Origin: Mycolicibacterium smegmatis
GTDB lineage: Bacteria; Actinomycetota; Actinomycetes; Mycobacteriales; Mycobacteriaceae
Assembly: GCF_001457595.1 (NCBI RefSeq)
Contig: NZ_LN831039.1
Location: 3,780,001 to 3,812,000 of the forward strand
Direction of reading: 5' to 3'
DNA length: 32,000 nt
Shown: in pieces, positions 25,486-32,000 of the stretch
Layout: each line of letters opens with the position of its first letter
How positions within the stretch are numbered: position 1 is the first letter of the stretch
Position numbers and translations under genes: made by a program
The notes under the pieces: model-generated
Told to the model about the DNA's origin: nothing
Database searches by the model: none
Seen by the model: only the letters and a program-made list of their open reading frames with translations

Positions 25486-25544
25486 CGAGTGTGCGCGTCT
25501 GCTGCACGACGCGCCGCGTCTCATCAGCAGTCTGCGCACACTCG
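25486..25544. terminator. 59-nt near-perfect palindrome / long hairpin between convergent genes (possible bidirectional terminator or structured RNA)
   Basis: CGAGTGTGCGC (25486-25496) pairs with GCGCACACTCG (25534-25544), and CTGCTG (25499-25504) pairs with CAGCAG (25525-25530). An inner GACGC/GCGTC stem is also present. Confidence 0.35.
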
Positions 25545-25759
25545 GCACCACCGAGCGTGCGTAGACAGCCGCTTTTCACTCGGCGGTAAGGTTGCCAACT
25601 CCCCGACCCGCTGGATCAACTTCAGAACCTCTGGACCTCAAGACCTTTGGTCACGAACTCGCGCCCCAGACCCCTGCCCTTCACACCACCGAAAACCGGA
25701 AGTTGTTGCGGGAATTCGTCTTACCGGCCTTCACGCCCTCGCCGCAGTCCTGACGGCCC

Positions 25760-26245
25760 TCAGTCGCCTTCGCGGTAACCCGCCAACTCGGGTGCGGCCA
25801 TCAACTCGTCGAGCAGCGGGCGCTGGCCGGCGAGCAGTTTCCTGCGGGCCACCGCGACGGGAAACCAGCCCGCCCGGTCGATCTCGGGAAACTCCCGCAT
25901 GCGGCCCGAACCTTTCGGCCATTCCATCTCGAAGGTGTTGCTGCGCGCGGACGTCACGTCGAAGTCGCCCCGCACCGCGAACGCGGTGACCACCTTGCCG
26001 CCGGACTGGCGTACCGGGGTGAGTTCCCGCCGCGGCCCGTCCGGCGGCGGGGAGCCGAGTTCCTCGGCGAATTCGCGTTGCGCTGCGGCCCAGCGATCCT
26101 CGTCGTCGGTGTACTCCCCTTTGGGGACCGACCAGGCCCCGTCGTCGCGCCGCGCCCAGAAGGGCCCACCCGGATGGGCGATCAGCACCTCGACGACGTC
26201 GTCGACGACCCGGTAGAGCAGCACACCGGCGCTGAGTTTCGGCAT
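25760..26245 (-). CDS. NUDIX hydrolase
   Basis: Nudix box GEYTDDEDRWAAAQREFAEELG. I prefer the ATG at 26243-26245 (MPKLSAGVLLYRV…), preceded by TAACGT-N7, over the track start GTG at 26263. Confidence 0.85.
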   Translation of the reverse strand: MPKLSAGVLLYRVVDDVVEVLIAHPGGPFWARRDDGAWSVPKGEYTDDEDRWAAAQREFAEELGSPPPDGPRRELTPVRQSGGKVVTAFAVRGDFDVTSARSNTFEMEWPKGSGRMREFPEIDRAGWFPVAVARRKLLAGQRPLLDELMAAPELAGYREGD

Positions 26246-26252
26246 TCCGTTC

Positions 26253-26258
26253 ACGTTA
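26253..26258 (-). promoter_or_regulatory. -10-like hexamer TAACGT, 7 nt upstream of the NUDIX ATG
   Basis: Minus strand reads TAACGT-GAACGGA-ATG. Confidence 0.3.
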
Positions 26259-26540
26259 CGCACCCTCTCCGACGGTGACTGGCATCACTTTGCTACCGCC
26301 ACTATGGCCGGGCTCACCCGAAGCGGGCCATCCCTGGTCGGTGTGAGCCCATCGACAGCCGAAGCCCGCGGTGCGATCTTGACCACAACCGTTATACGCA
26401 CGGGGAATGAAATCTCTGAGCAGGGAGTTTAACCGTGCGTAACACAAAAGAGGACAGAAGATGTTGCGCCGGTGGACGTGACTTCACGCAGCCGCACGCC
26501 CAGCGACGCGACGACAAAAGAACACAGTAGGAGAAACAGA

Positions 26541-26846
26541 ATGAAGAAGCTCGGGTTTGCCGCAGCGCTCGCCGGTGGACTCACCGCCGCGGTCATCGGC
26601 CTGGCCGGTACCGCCGCCGCCGCACCTTCGGGACCCGTCAGCGCACAGGAGACGATCAACCAGCTCGAAGCCGAGGGCTACACCGTGGTGGTGAACCGGG
26701 TGGGGACCACTCCGCTGAGCGATGCCACCGTCGTCTCGGTGCGACCCGGCCAGACCTTCTCCCGCACCGACTCCTCCGTCCCGGGCGGACGTGACACCGT
26801 GAAGACGGTCGTGACCAACAAGACCGTCTACGTGGACGTGAAGTAA
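26541..26846 (+). CDS. Small Sec-exported protein (~75-aa mature part), mycobacterial conserved secreted-protein type
   Basis: ATG preceded by GTAGGAG. Signal peptide MKKLGFAAALAGGLTAAVIGLAGTAAA/APS. The mature part reads SAQETINQLEAEGYTVVVNRVG…, which from memory resembles the Rv1271c/Rv1804c/Rv1810-like family. Confidence 0.8.
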   Translation: MKKLGFAAALAGGLTAAVIGLAGTAAAAPSGPVSAQETINQLEAEGYTVVVNRVGTTPLSDATVVSVRPGQTFSRTDSSVPGGRDTVKTVVTNKTVYVDVK

Positions 26847-26883
26847 GACGTGAGATAGCTCGCGTCGCGCGAAAACATAACCA

Positions 26884-26911
26884 GGGGCACCCATTTGGGG
26901 TGCCCCTTTTT
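26884..26911 (+). terminator. Canonical intrinsic terminator (9-bp GC stem, 5-nt loop, T5 tail)
   Basis: GGGGCACCC (26884-26892), loop ATTTG, GGGTGCCCC (26898-26906), then TTTTT (26907-26911). It lies 38 nt after the stop codon. Confidence 0.8.
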
Positions 26912-26960
26912 CGTGCGCACACACGCGACGGTGTGAGGCCGGCGGCAGGGATCCCGGCGC

Positions 26961-26966
26961 TAGAGT
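26961..26966 (+). promoter_or_regulatory. -10-like hexamer TAGAGT, 7 nt upstream of the SGNH hydrolase GTG
   Basis: TAGAGT-TTGCAGC-GTG, with no SD. Confidence 0.35.
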
Positions 26967-26973
26967 TTGCAGC

Positions 26974-27756
26974 GTGCCAACTTTCACCCGCTATGTCGCA
27001 CTGGGAGACAGCCAGACCGAGGGGTTGTGGGACGGCGACGACACCGTCGGGTTGAGGGGATTCGCCGACCGCCTCGCAGAAGAACTCGACCGGCTGCATC
27101 CAGGGCTGGCCTACGCGAACCTGGCGATCCGCGGCAGACGGATCCGCGACGTACTCCACGAGCAGTTGCCGCAGGCCCTGGCGATGGAACCCGATCTGGT
27201 CACGGTCTGCGTCGGCATGAACGATGTGACCCGGCCGGGACGCTCGTTCGGCGATGCGCTGCTGGACCTCGAACGCCTCTATGCCGCACTGGCACAGACC
27301 GGCGCCACGGTGGTGACCACCACGTTCCCCGACATCGTGCGGATCCTGCCGGTCGGCCGCCTGCTCAACGGGCGGGTCCTGCTGATCAACGACGCGATCC
27401 GCGATGCGACGCAGCGGCACGGCTTCCGCCTGGTGGATCTCTACACCGCACCGTCGATGAACGAGATCGAGACCTGGAGCCCCGACCGCGTACACGGCTC
27501 ACCGCGGGGACACATGTTGTTCGCCGCCGCTGCCGCCGAGGCGCTGGAACTACCTGGCAGCAGCCATGATTGGGCACTTCCGAGCGCGTCCGCCGAACCC
27601 GGGTCGTTCAGGTCCCGTGCGCGCTCTCAGGTGCTGTGGACCCAGAACATGCTTTTGCCGTGGGCGTGGCGGCATCTGCGCGGCCGGTCGAGCGGTGACG
27701 GCCGCACGCCGCGACGGCCTGCGCTGGCCCAACTGGATGACGAACTGACCAACTAG
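26974..27756 (+). CDS. SGNH/GDSL-family hydrolase
   Basis: 260 aa with block I YVALGDSQTEG, block III GMND and block V DRVHGSPRGH. Confidence 0.85.
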   Translation: MPTFTRYVALGDSQTEGLWDGDDTVGLRGFADRLAEELDRLHPGLAYANLAIRGRRIRDVLHEQLPQALAMEPDLVTVCVGMNDVTRPGRSFGDALLDLERLYAALAQTGATVVTTTFPDIVRILPVGRLLNGRVLLINDAIRDATQRHGFRLVDLYTAPSMNEIETWSPDRVHGSPRGHMLFAAAAAEALELPGSSHDWALPSASAEPGSFRSRARSQVLWTQNMLLPWAWRHLRGRSSGDGRTPRRPALAQLDDELTN

Positions 27757-28208
27757 AAACCGAACATCGGCCACGGCAGGTTCATCGGCAGGTCGGGCGG
27801 CACGCCCTGACTGAGCCTCGACACCATCGCCGGGCAGAACATCGACACCGCGATCCCGGTGAACATCGTGGCGGGCCCCAGCGGCATGCCACCCGTGTCG
27901 GCGACGGTCGACGCGACATCGGCGGCGCTCTGCCCCTGTTCGGCGAGCATCGGGCACACCGCCTCACCCATCGCGGCCGCCTGAGCCGGATCGACCGCGT
28001 TGACACCGGCCTGGCCGAGGGCGTCGGGGAAGGCCTGATCGGTGGGCGCGCCGGGAGCTCCGGGGACGGGCACCGCAGGGTCCATCGGAATCCCTGGAAC
28101 GGCGGGGTCGGCCGGGTCTGCAAGGGCCGGAGCGGCACCGATCATCGAGCCCATCAGACCGGCCATCACGACCGGGAGGACACCGAGGGCCCGAAGGTTT
28201 CTACGCAT
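27753..28208 (-). CDS. Exported DUF732-like protein
   Basis: Signal peptide …MIGAAPALA/DPADP, then a Pro-rich segment, then FPDALGQAGVNAVDPAQAAAMGEAVCPML…TGIAVSMFCP, the two-Cys pattern of mycobacterial DUF732. Its stop overlaps the SGNH stop (CTAG). Confidence 0.7.
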   Translation of the reverse strand: MRRNLRALGVLPVVMAGLMGSMIGAAPALADPADPAVPGIPMDPAVPVPGAPGAPTDQAFPDALGQAGVNAVDPAQAAAMGEAVCPMLAEQGQSAADVASTVADTGGMPLGPATMFTGIAVSMFCPAMVSRLSQGVPPDLPMNLPWPMFGF

Positions 28209-28244
28209 CCTTGGATCGTACGGGCCGCGGCGTCGCGGCCGTGT

Positions 28245-28808
28245 TCAGATACCGGTCCAGGACGAGTCGAGTTCCTCGGCAACGTCGATCACCTTGGCCT
28301 TTTCCGATTCCGGGCTGTCGATCTCACCCGCGACATGGGCGGCGATGAAGCGCTTGATCTCGGCGTCCACGCCGGCCAGGATGCGCAGCACCTCGGCCCG
28401 CAACGATTTGGACGTGACGTGAATCGCGATGTCGGACGGCCGCGGCTTCTTGACGTCCAAGATCAGCAACAGCGGTTTGGCCGCGAGCGCATGTGCACGC
28501 AGCGCGATCTCGCCGAACACCATGAACCGAGGGCGGTCGATGCGCAGATCGATGACCATGTCGATCTCCAGCGGGATCCGGATGGTGAACACGATGGTCT
28601 CGCCGATCTCCCGGCTCACGCGCGGCTTCTGGATCTTGACCCGTGCGGTGACCTTCGCGATCTTGCCCGGCCCCTGTGCGATGGGACCTATCTCGAACTC
28701 GTCGCCTGCGATCGCGCCGATCGCGTCGCCGACGCGGTCCTCGGATACGGCAACCTCGAAGAACCGTCGCCCGAATTCCTCGTAGGTGATGTAGTCGTGG
28801 TCAGCCAT
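28245..28808 (-). CDS. Conserved hypothetical protein, 187 aa, no recognisable domain
   Basis: Ordinary composition and codon bias with no competing frame. It is predicted soluble, with a beta-rich core and an acidic helical C-terminus. Confidence 0.65.
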   Translation of the reverse strand: MADHDYITYEEFGRRFFEVAVSEDRVGDAIGAIAGDEFEIGPIAQGPGKIAKVTARVKIQKPRVSREIGETIVFTIRIPLEIDMVIDLRIDRPRFMVFGEIALRAHALAAKPLLLILDVKKPRPSDIAIHVTSKSLRAEVLRILAGVDAEIKRFIAAHVAGEIDSPESEKAKVIDVAEELDSSWTGI

Positions 28809-28875
28809 GGTCTGACTACGGTCTCACGTCGCGCACACGCGGCGGTACCGCCGGGCCGGTGACACGCGGTCCCGC

Positions 28876-29745
28876 TCACCCGTCGCGCGCGGCGTCGTCG
28901 ACGAAGTACCGCACCCGGCGGATCCCGGTCGGGGTCAGGTCGGCGATCAGCACGGCACGCCCGGCCTCGGAATCGATGCCGGCGACCGCGCTCGCGCCCG
29001 ACACGATCACCTTGCGCCAGGACCCGCCGGCCGTCATCGCCGTCAGCTTCGAGGCGCCCAGCGGTGCGGACTCGCCGGACTGCACGCGCGCGTCGCGTCG
29101 CAAGGTGCGCCGCACCGAGACCTCGTCACCGGCGCACAGATCGTCGAGCAGCCTGATGAAGCGGCGCCTGCCGTGGGTGCGCGGCCGCGCACCCACGCCG
29201 CGGAAACCGGCCGCGAATCCGACCGCACCGACCGGGCCCTGGTTGCGCAGCAGGTCACCGGCGAGTTGCAGACCGACCGGGACCGCGCGGGTGCCGTTGC
29301 GCACGAACTGGACGACCATGGCGGGCAGCTCCCAGTACGCCTGCAGTTCGGCGATCCGGGGTCCGGCGCCGGTCTCGGTGTCGGTTTCGGTGTCCTGCAG
29401 CGCGTAGCGCAGGTACGCCGGGATCCGCATGGTCACCGCGGCGTTCCCGGTGCCCGGGTCGGCGGCCCCCATCGCGACCTCGAGCTCGAGGTCGCGGATC
29501 ACCGTGCTGCCTGCGACGATGTCGACGTCACGGTGGAAGGTGATGTCACGTGGGCCGATGAAGGTGTCGTAGAACTGCGCGATCTCGGCGGGTCCCCGGT
29601 GCGGCCGCGAACCCACCGGATCCTCGATCCGTCCGCCGTCAGCGAACAGACCCACCCATGCGTCCCGGTCGTGCACGGCCGCAGCCTGCGGTGATCGTTC
29701 GACCGCGGTCAGCAGCTCGGCACGTGTCGGACCCATAGGCATCAT
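28876..29745 (-). CDS. NTF2-like (SnoaL / ketosteroid-isomerase-like) domain protein, possibly two tandem NTF2-like halves
   Basis: N-terminal AELLTAVERSPQAAAVHDRDAWVGLFADGGRIEDPVGSRPHRGPAEIAQFYDTFIG… is a typical SnoaL-like start. GGGGGA lies upstream of the ATG. The domain call is by eye only. Confidence 0.6.
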   Translation of the reverse strand: MMPMGPTRAELLTAVERSPQAAAVHDRDAWVGLFADGGRIEDPVGSRPHRGPAEIAQFYDTFIGPRDITFHRDVDIVAGSTVIRDLELEVAMGAADPGTGNAAVTMRIPAYLRYALQDTETDTETGAGPRIAELQAYWELPAMVVQFVRNGTRAVPVGLQLAGDLLRNQGPVGAVGFAAGFRGVGARPRTHGRRRFIRLLDDLCAGDEVSVRRTLRRDARVQSGESAPLGASKLTAMTAGGSWRKVIVSGASAVAGIDSEAGRAVLIADLTPTGIRRVRYFVDDAARDG

Positions 29746-29814
29746 TTACCATCCCCCGGCCCGTTGGGGACGCGCACACTGGAGGTTGACCACCGTTCGG
29801 CTGAGGAGGACGCG

Positions 29815-30246
29815 ATGAGCGGTAACGGACCTTTCGGATTCGACCCCGAGGATTTCGACCGGGTCGCGCGTGAGGCGGGTGAAGGTCTGCGCGACGCCCT
29901 CGACCAGATCAGCAGGATGTTCACCACGTCCGGGGAGCGTGCCGGACTGGCCGGGTTGCTCGACGAGTTCTCGCGGTTCTCCCGGCCGAGGACGGAGCCC
30001 GAGACCACGGGCGAGAAGGGCGACGGGGTGTGGGCGATCTACACCGTCGACGACGAGGGCGGCGCTCACATCGAGCAGGTGTTCCCCACCGAGCTCGACG
30101 CGTTGCGGGCCAACGCGAGCAACACCGACCCCTCACGCCGTGTGCGGTTCCTGCCGTACGGCATCGCGGTGAGCGTGCTCGACACGACACCACGATCCTC
30201 TGGTTCGGCCACCGACGCGGATTCGGGTGCCGCCACAGACGACTGA
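29815..30246 (+). CDS. Conserved hypothetical protein, 143 aa
   Basis: Starts at an internal ATG of track ORF 29764..30246, preceded by GAGGAGG. It has an acidic, disordered-looking C-terminus and no recognisable domain. Confidence 0.7.
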   Translation: MSGNGPFGFDPEDFDRVAREAGEGLRDALDQISRMFTTSGERAGLAGLLDEFSRFSRPRTEPETTGEKGDGVWAIYTVDDEGGAHIEQVFPTELDALRANASNTDPSRRVRFLPYGIAVSVLDTTPRSSGSATDADSGAATDD

Positions 30247-30347
30247 TCGGGGCGCAAAAGGCGACGGGTCGGCGCGGACACCGGTTACGCTTCTGCCCCA
30301 AGGGGCCCGCCTGCGTTCAGGCCGGCCGGCAGAGCTGAGGGTGGAGC

Positions 30348-30773
30348 ATGATTCGCGAACTTCTCGTGGCGACGGCGGTCGCCGGTGCCGCGCTGGCAAC
30401 GGCATCCGCGGCGGCGGCCGACGACGACAGCAACATGTACTTCGACGAGCCCGGTCGCTATTCGACGGACGTGCCCGGCATGAGCTACGAGGCGCACATG
30501 GGCGCGCCGTGCTTCAGCTGGGACCGCAACGTGTTCGGCCGGGGTCCAGGCGGAGTGGCCATGCAGTGCAAGTGGATCCCCAACCAGTGGCCGCCCGTCT
30601 CCACCGGGTTCTGGACGTATTCGTACCCGCTGCACGGCGTGCAGGACATCGGCGCGCCGTGCCCCGGCCCGCAGGCCGCGGCCCAGTCACCTGACGGCAG
30701 GCCCATGCTGTGCCTCGGCGAGCGCGGCTGGCAGCCGGGCGTGTTCACGGGGGACGGCTTCTTCCCGGTGTGA
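30348..30773 (+). CDS. Exported hypothetical protein with four Cys
   Basis: GGGTGGAG lies upstream. Signal peptide MIRELLVATAVAGAALATASAAAA/DDD. The mature part is Trp/Pro/Gly-rich with 4 Cys. Confidence 0.75.
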   Translation: MIRELLVATAVAGAALATASAAAADDDSNMYFDEPGRYSTDVPGMSYEAHMGAPCFSWDRNVFGRGPGGVAMQCKWIPNQWPPVSTGFWTYSYPLHGVQDIGAPCPGPQAAAQSPDGRPMLCLGERGWQPGVFTGDGFFPV

Positions 30774-30783
30774 TCCCGGCCGT

Positions 30784-30823
30784 CCCAGGCCATACGCACA
30801 GGCGCTTGTCGTATGGTCTTGGG
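30784..30823 (+). terminator. Imperfect 40-nt hairpin/palindrome between the exported-protein gene and the acyl-CoA synthetase gene
   Basis: AGGCCATACG (30787-30796) pairs with CGTATGGTCT (30810-30819), with one G-T wobble. CCC/GGG extends the stem across a 1-nt bulge. It could be a terminator or an operator. Confidence 0.35.
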
Positions 30824-30845
30824 ACCCACGTCACACAGGAGTGCC

Positions 30846-32000
30846 ATGAGCGTTTCTTTCGATCTGTCCACGGTGTTTTCCACGGTGGCCGCGGCGGTGC
30901 CCGACCAGACCTTCGTGGTGTGGCGTGACCGCCGGTTGACCTACGCCCAGTTCGACGCGCACGTCGACGGTTTCGCACACTTCCTCGTCTCGGCGGGCCT
31001 CGGCGTGCACACCGAACGCGCCGCGCTCGCCGGCCACGAGTCGGGCCAGGACCATCTCGGCATCTACCTGCGCAACGGCAACGAGTACCTCGAGGCGATG
31101 ATCGGCAGTTACCGCGCGCGGGTCGCCCCGTTCAACGTCAGCTACCGCTACGTCGAGGAGGAGCTGCTCTACCTGCTCACCGATTCCAACGCCCGCGCCC
31201 TGGTCTACAACGCCGAGTTCGCACCACGCGTCGCCGCGATCCGCGACCGGTTGCCCAATCTCGCGGTGCTCATCCAGGTCGCCGACGATTCCGGAAACGA
31301 ATTGCTGTCCGGCGCAGTCGATTACGAGGCGATCCTGGGCACCCCTGAACCCGAGGGCGGGATGCCGGTGCCGTCGGGTGACGACCTCTACATCCTCTAC
31401 ACGGGCGGCACCACCGGCATGCCCAAGGGCGTGCTGTGGCGTCAGCACGACATCTTCCTGTCGTCGATGGGCGGACGTCCGTTCGGCGCCGAGAACTTCC
31501 TGAGCTCATACGAGGAACTGGCCGACAAGGCCCGCGCGTCGGCGGGCGCGATGTCGATGCTGATGATCCCGCCGTTCATGCACGGCGCCGCGCAGTGGGC
31601 CTCCTACACCGCGATCACGATGGGCGGAAAACTCGTGATCCCCGACGATGTGGTGCGCCTGCGCCCGGACGCGGCGTTGCGACTCGCCGAACGTGAACGC
31701 GTGATGAGCATTCCGGTTGTCGGCGACGCCATCGCCCGCCCGTTGATCGACGAGATCGAGGGCGGGAACTACGACCTGTCCGGGCTGGTCACCATCAGCA
31801 ACGGCGGCGCACCGCTGTCCCCGACCGTGCGGTCGCGCATTTTGGCGGCCCTGCCGCACCTGCTGCTGCTCGACGCGGTGGGCGCCTCGGAATCGGGCGC
31901 CCAGATGAGTGCGTACACCACCAGTGGCGCCGAGACCCAGCCCGCGACGTTCACGCCGCAACCCGACACCGCCGTGGTGTCCGAGGACCTCACCCGCGTG
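30846..32000 (+). CDS. Acyl-CoA synthetase / AMP-dependent ligase (FadD-type), N-terminal 385 codons (continues past the window end)
   Basis: Not in the ORF track because it has no stop in the window. My translation from ATG 30846, with AGGAG upstream, gives MSVSFDLSTVFSTVAAAVPDQTFVVWRDRRLTYAQFDAHV…LYILYTGGTTGMPKGVLWRQHDIF… (AMP-binding motif I). The frame is open to 32000. Confidence 0.9.
   Translation, partial: MSVSFDLSTVFSTVAAAVPDQTFVVWRDRRLTYAQFDAHVDGFAHFLVSAGLGVHTERAALAGHESGQDHLGIYLRNGNEYLEAMIGSYRARVAPFNVSYRYVEEELLYLLTDSNARALVYNAEFAPRVAAIRDRLPNLAVLIQVADDSGNELLSGAVDYEAILGTPEPEGGMPVPSGDDLYILYTGGTTGMPKGVLWRQHDIFLSSMGGRPFGAENFLSSYEELADKARASAGAMSMLMIPPFMHGAAQWASYTAITMGGKLVIPDDVVRLRPDAALRLAERERVMSIPVVGDAIARPLIDEIEGGNYDLSGLVTISNGGAPLSPTVRSRILAALPHLLLLDAVGASESGAQMSAYTTSGAETQPATFTPQPDTAVVSEDLTRV

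Noticed and set aside
25328-25579. 83-aa minus-strand ORF in the orphan region
   Set aside because: Its first half is dictated by the 59-nt palindrome and its second half is antisense to the end of the 141-aa ORF. It has no SD, -10 element or recognisable domain. I keep it only as context for the palindrome finding.
28840-28853. 14-nt perfect palindrome CGGCGGTACCGCCG downstream of the NTF2-like gene
   Set aside because: As RNA it forms only a 5-bp stem with a 4-nt loop. Short GC palindromes like this are common by chance in this composition.
1-32000. Mobile elements, CRISPR arrays, tRNA/rRNA genes and known defence or toxin-antitoxin modules
   Set aside because: I saw no transposase-, integrase- or recombinase-like ORF, no regularly spaced repeats, and no tRNA T-loop (GTTCGAATC-like) in any intergenic region. 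The only such strings lie inside coding sequences. I also saw no small adjacent ORF pair with a recognisable TA family signature.

Overview
High-GC, gene-dense actinobacterial chromosome. It is almost certainly a fast-growing Mycobacterium/Mycolicibacterium: gene content and order match what I remember of the M. smegmatis secA2-to-pknF region, but I could not verify this here. I call about 31 protein genes and see no rRNA, tRNA, CRISPR array, transposase or prophage genes.

Gene order: secA2 (5' part only, minus strand); two tandem BacA/Rv1819c-type ABC transporters; a TetR / VOC / FAD-dehydrogenase unit divergent from a Ddn-like F420 enzyme; a secreted S1 protease; a beta-prism-II lectin-LysM protein; an FAD oxidase; a KhtT/KhtU-like K+/H+ antiporter pair; a fatty-acid-hydroxylase-family protein; a type-B carboxylesterase; a paired SMR exporter; an MFS transporter; malQ; a small PASTA-like exported protein; a 'metal-dependent hydrolase'-like protein coupled to a PDR-type reductase; pknF; a roughly 1 kb poorly explained stretch; a NUDIX hydrolase; several small exported or hypothetical proteins; an SGNH hydrolase; and the 5' part of an acyl-CoA synthetase.

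Most long ORFs in the supplied track are GC-driven shadow frames, and several true starts lie inside the listed ORFs. Two real genes are missing from the track because they run off the window edges.

Nothing resembles a known defence or mobile system. The best candidates for something undescribed are:
- a cryptic two-component diiron-type oxygenase (21228-23242);
- an orphan region between the convergent pknF and NUDIX genes, holding a 141-aa ORF with an internal 36-aa tandem repeat and a 59-nt near-perfect palindrome (24748-25759);
- a 295-nt purine-rich, structured leader with a possible Cys-Cys uORF ahead of a small secreted protein (26246-26540);
- a tandem BacA duplication that appears to have copied its own leaderless promoter.

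A TANNNT-N6/7-start-codon layout recurs at about 10 genes. It implies leaderless transcripts and helped refine start codons.
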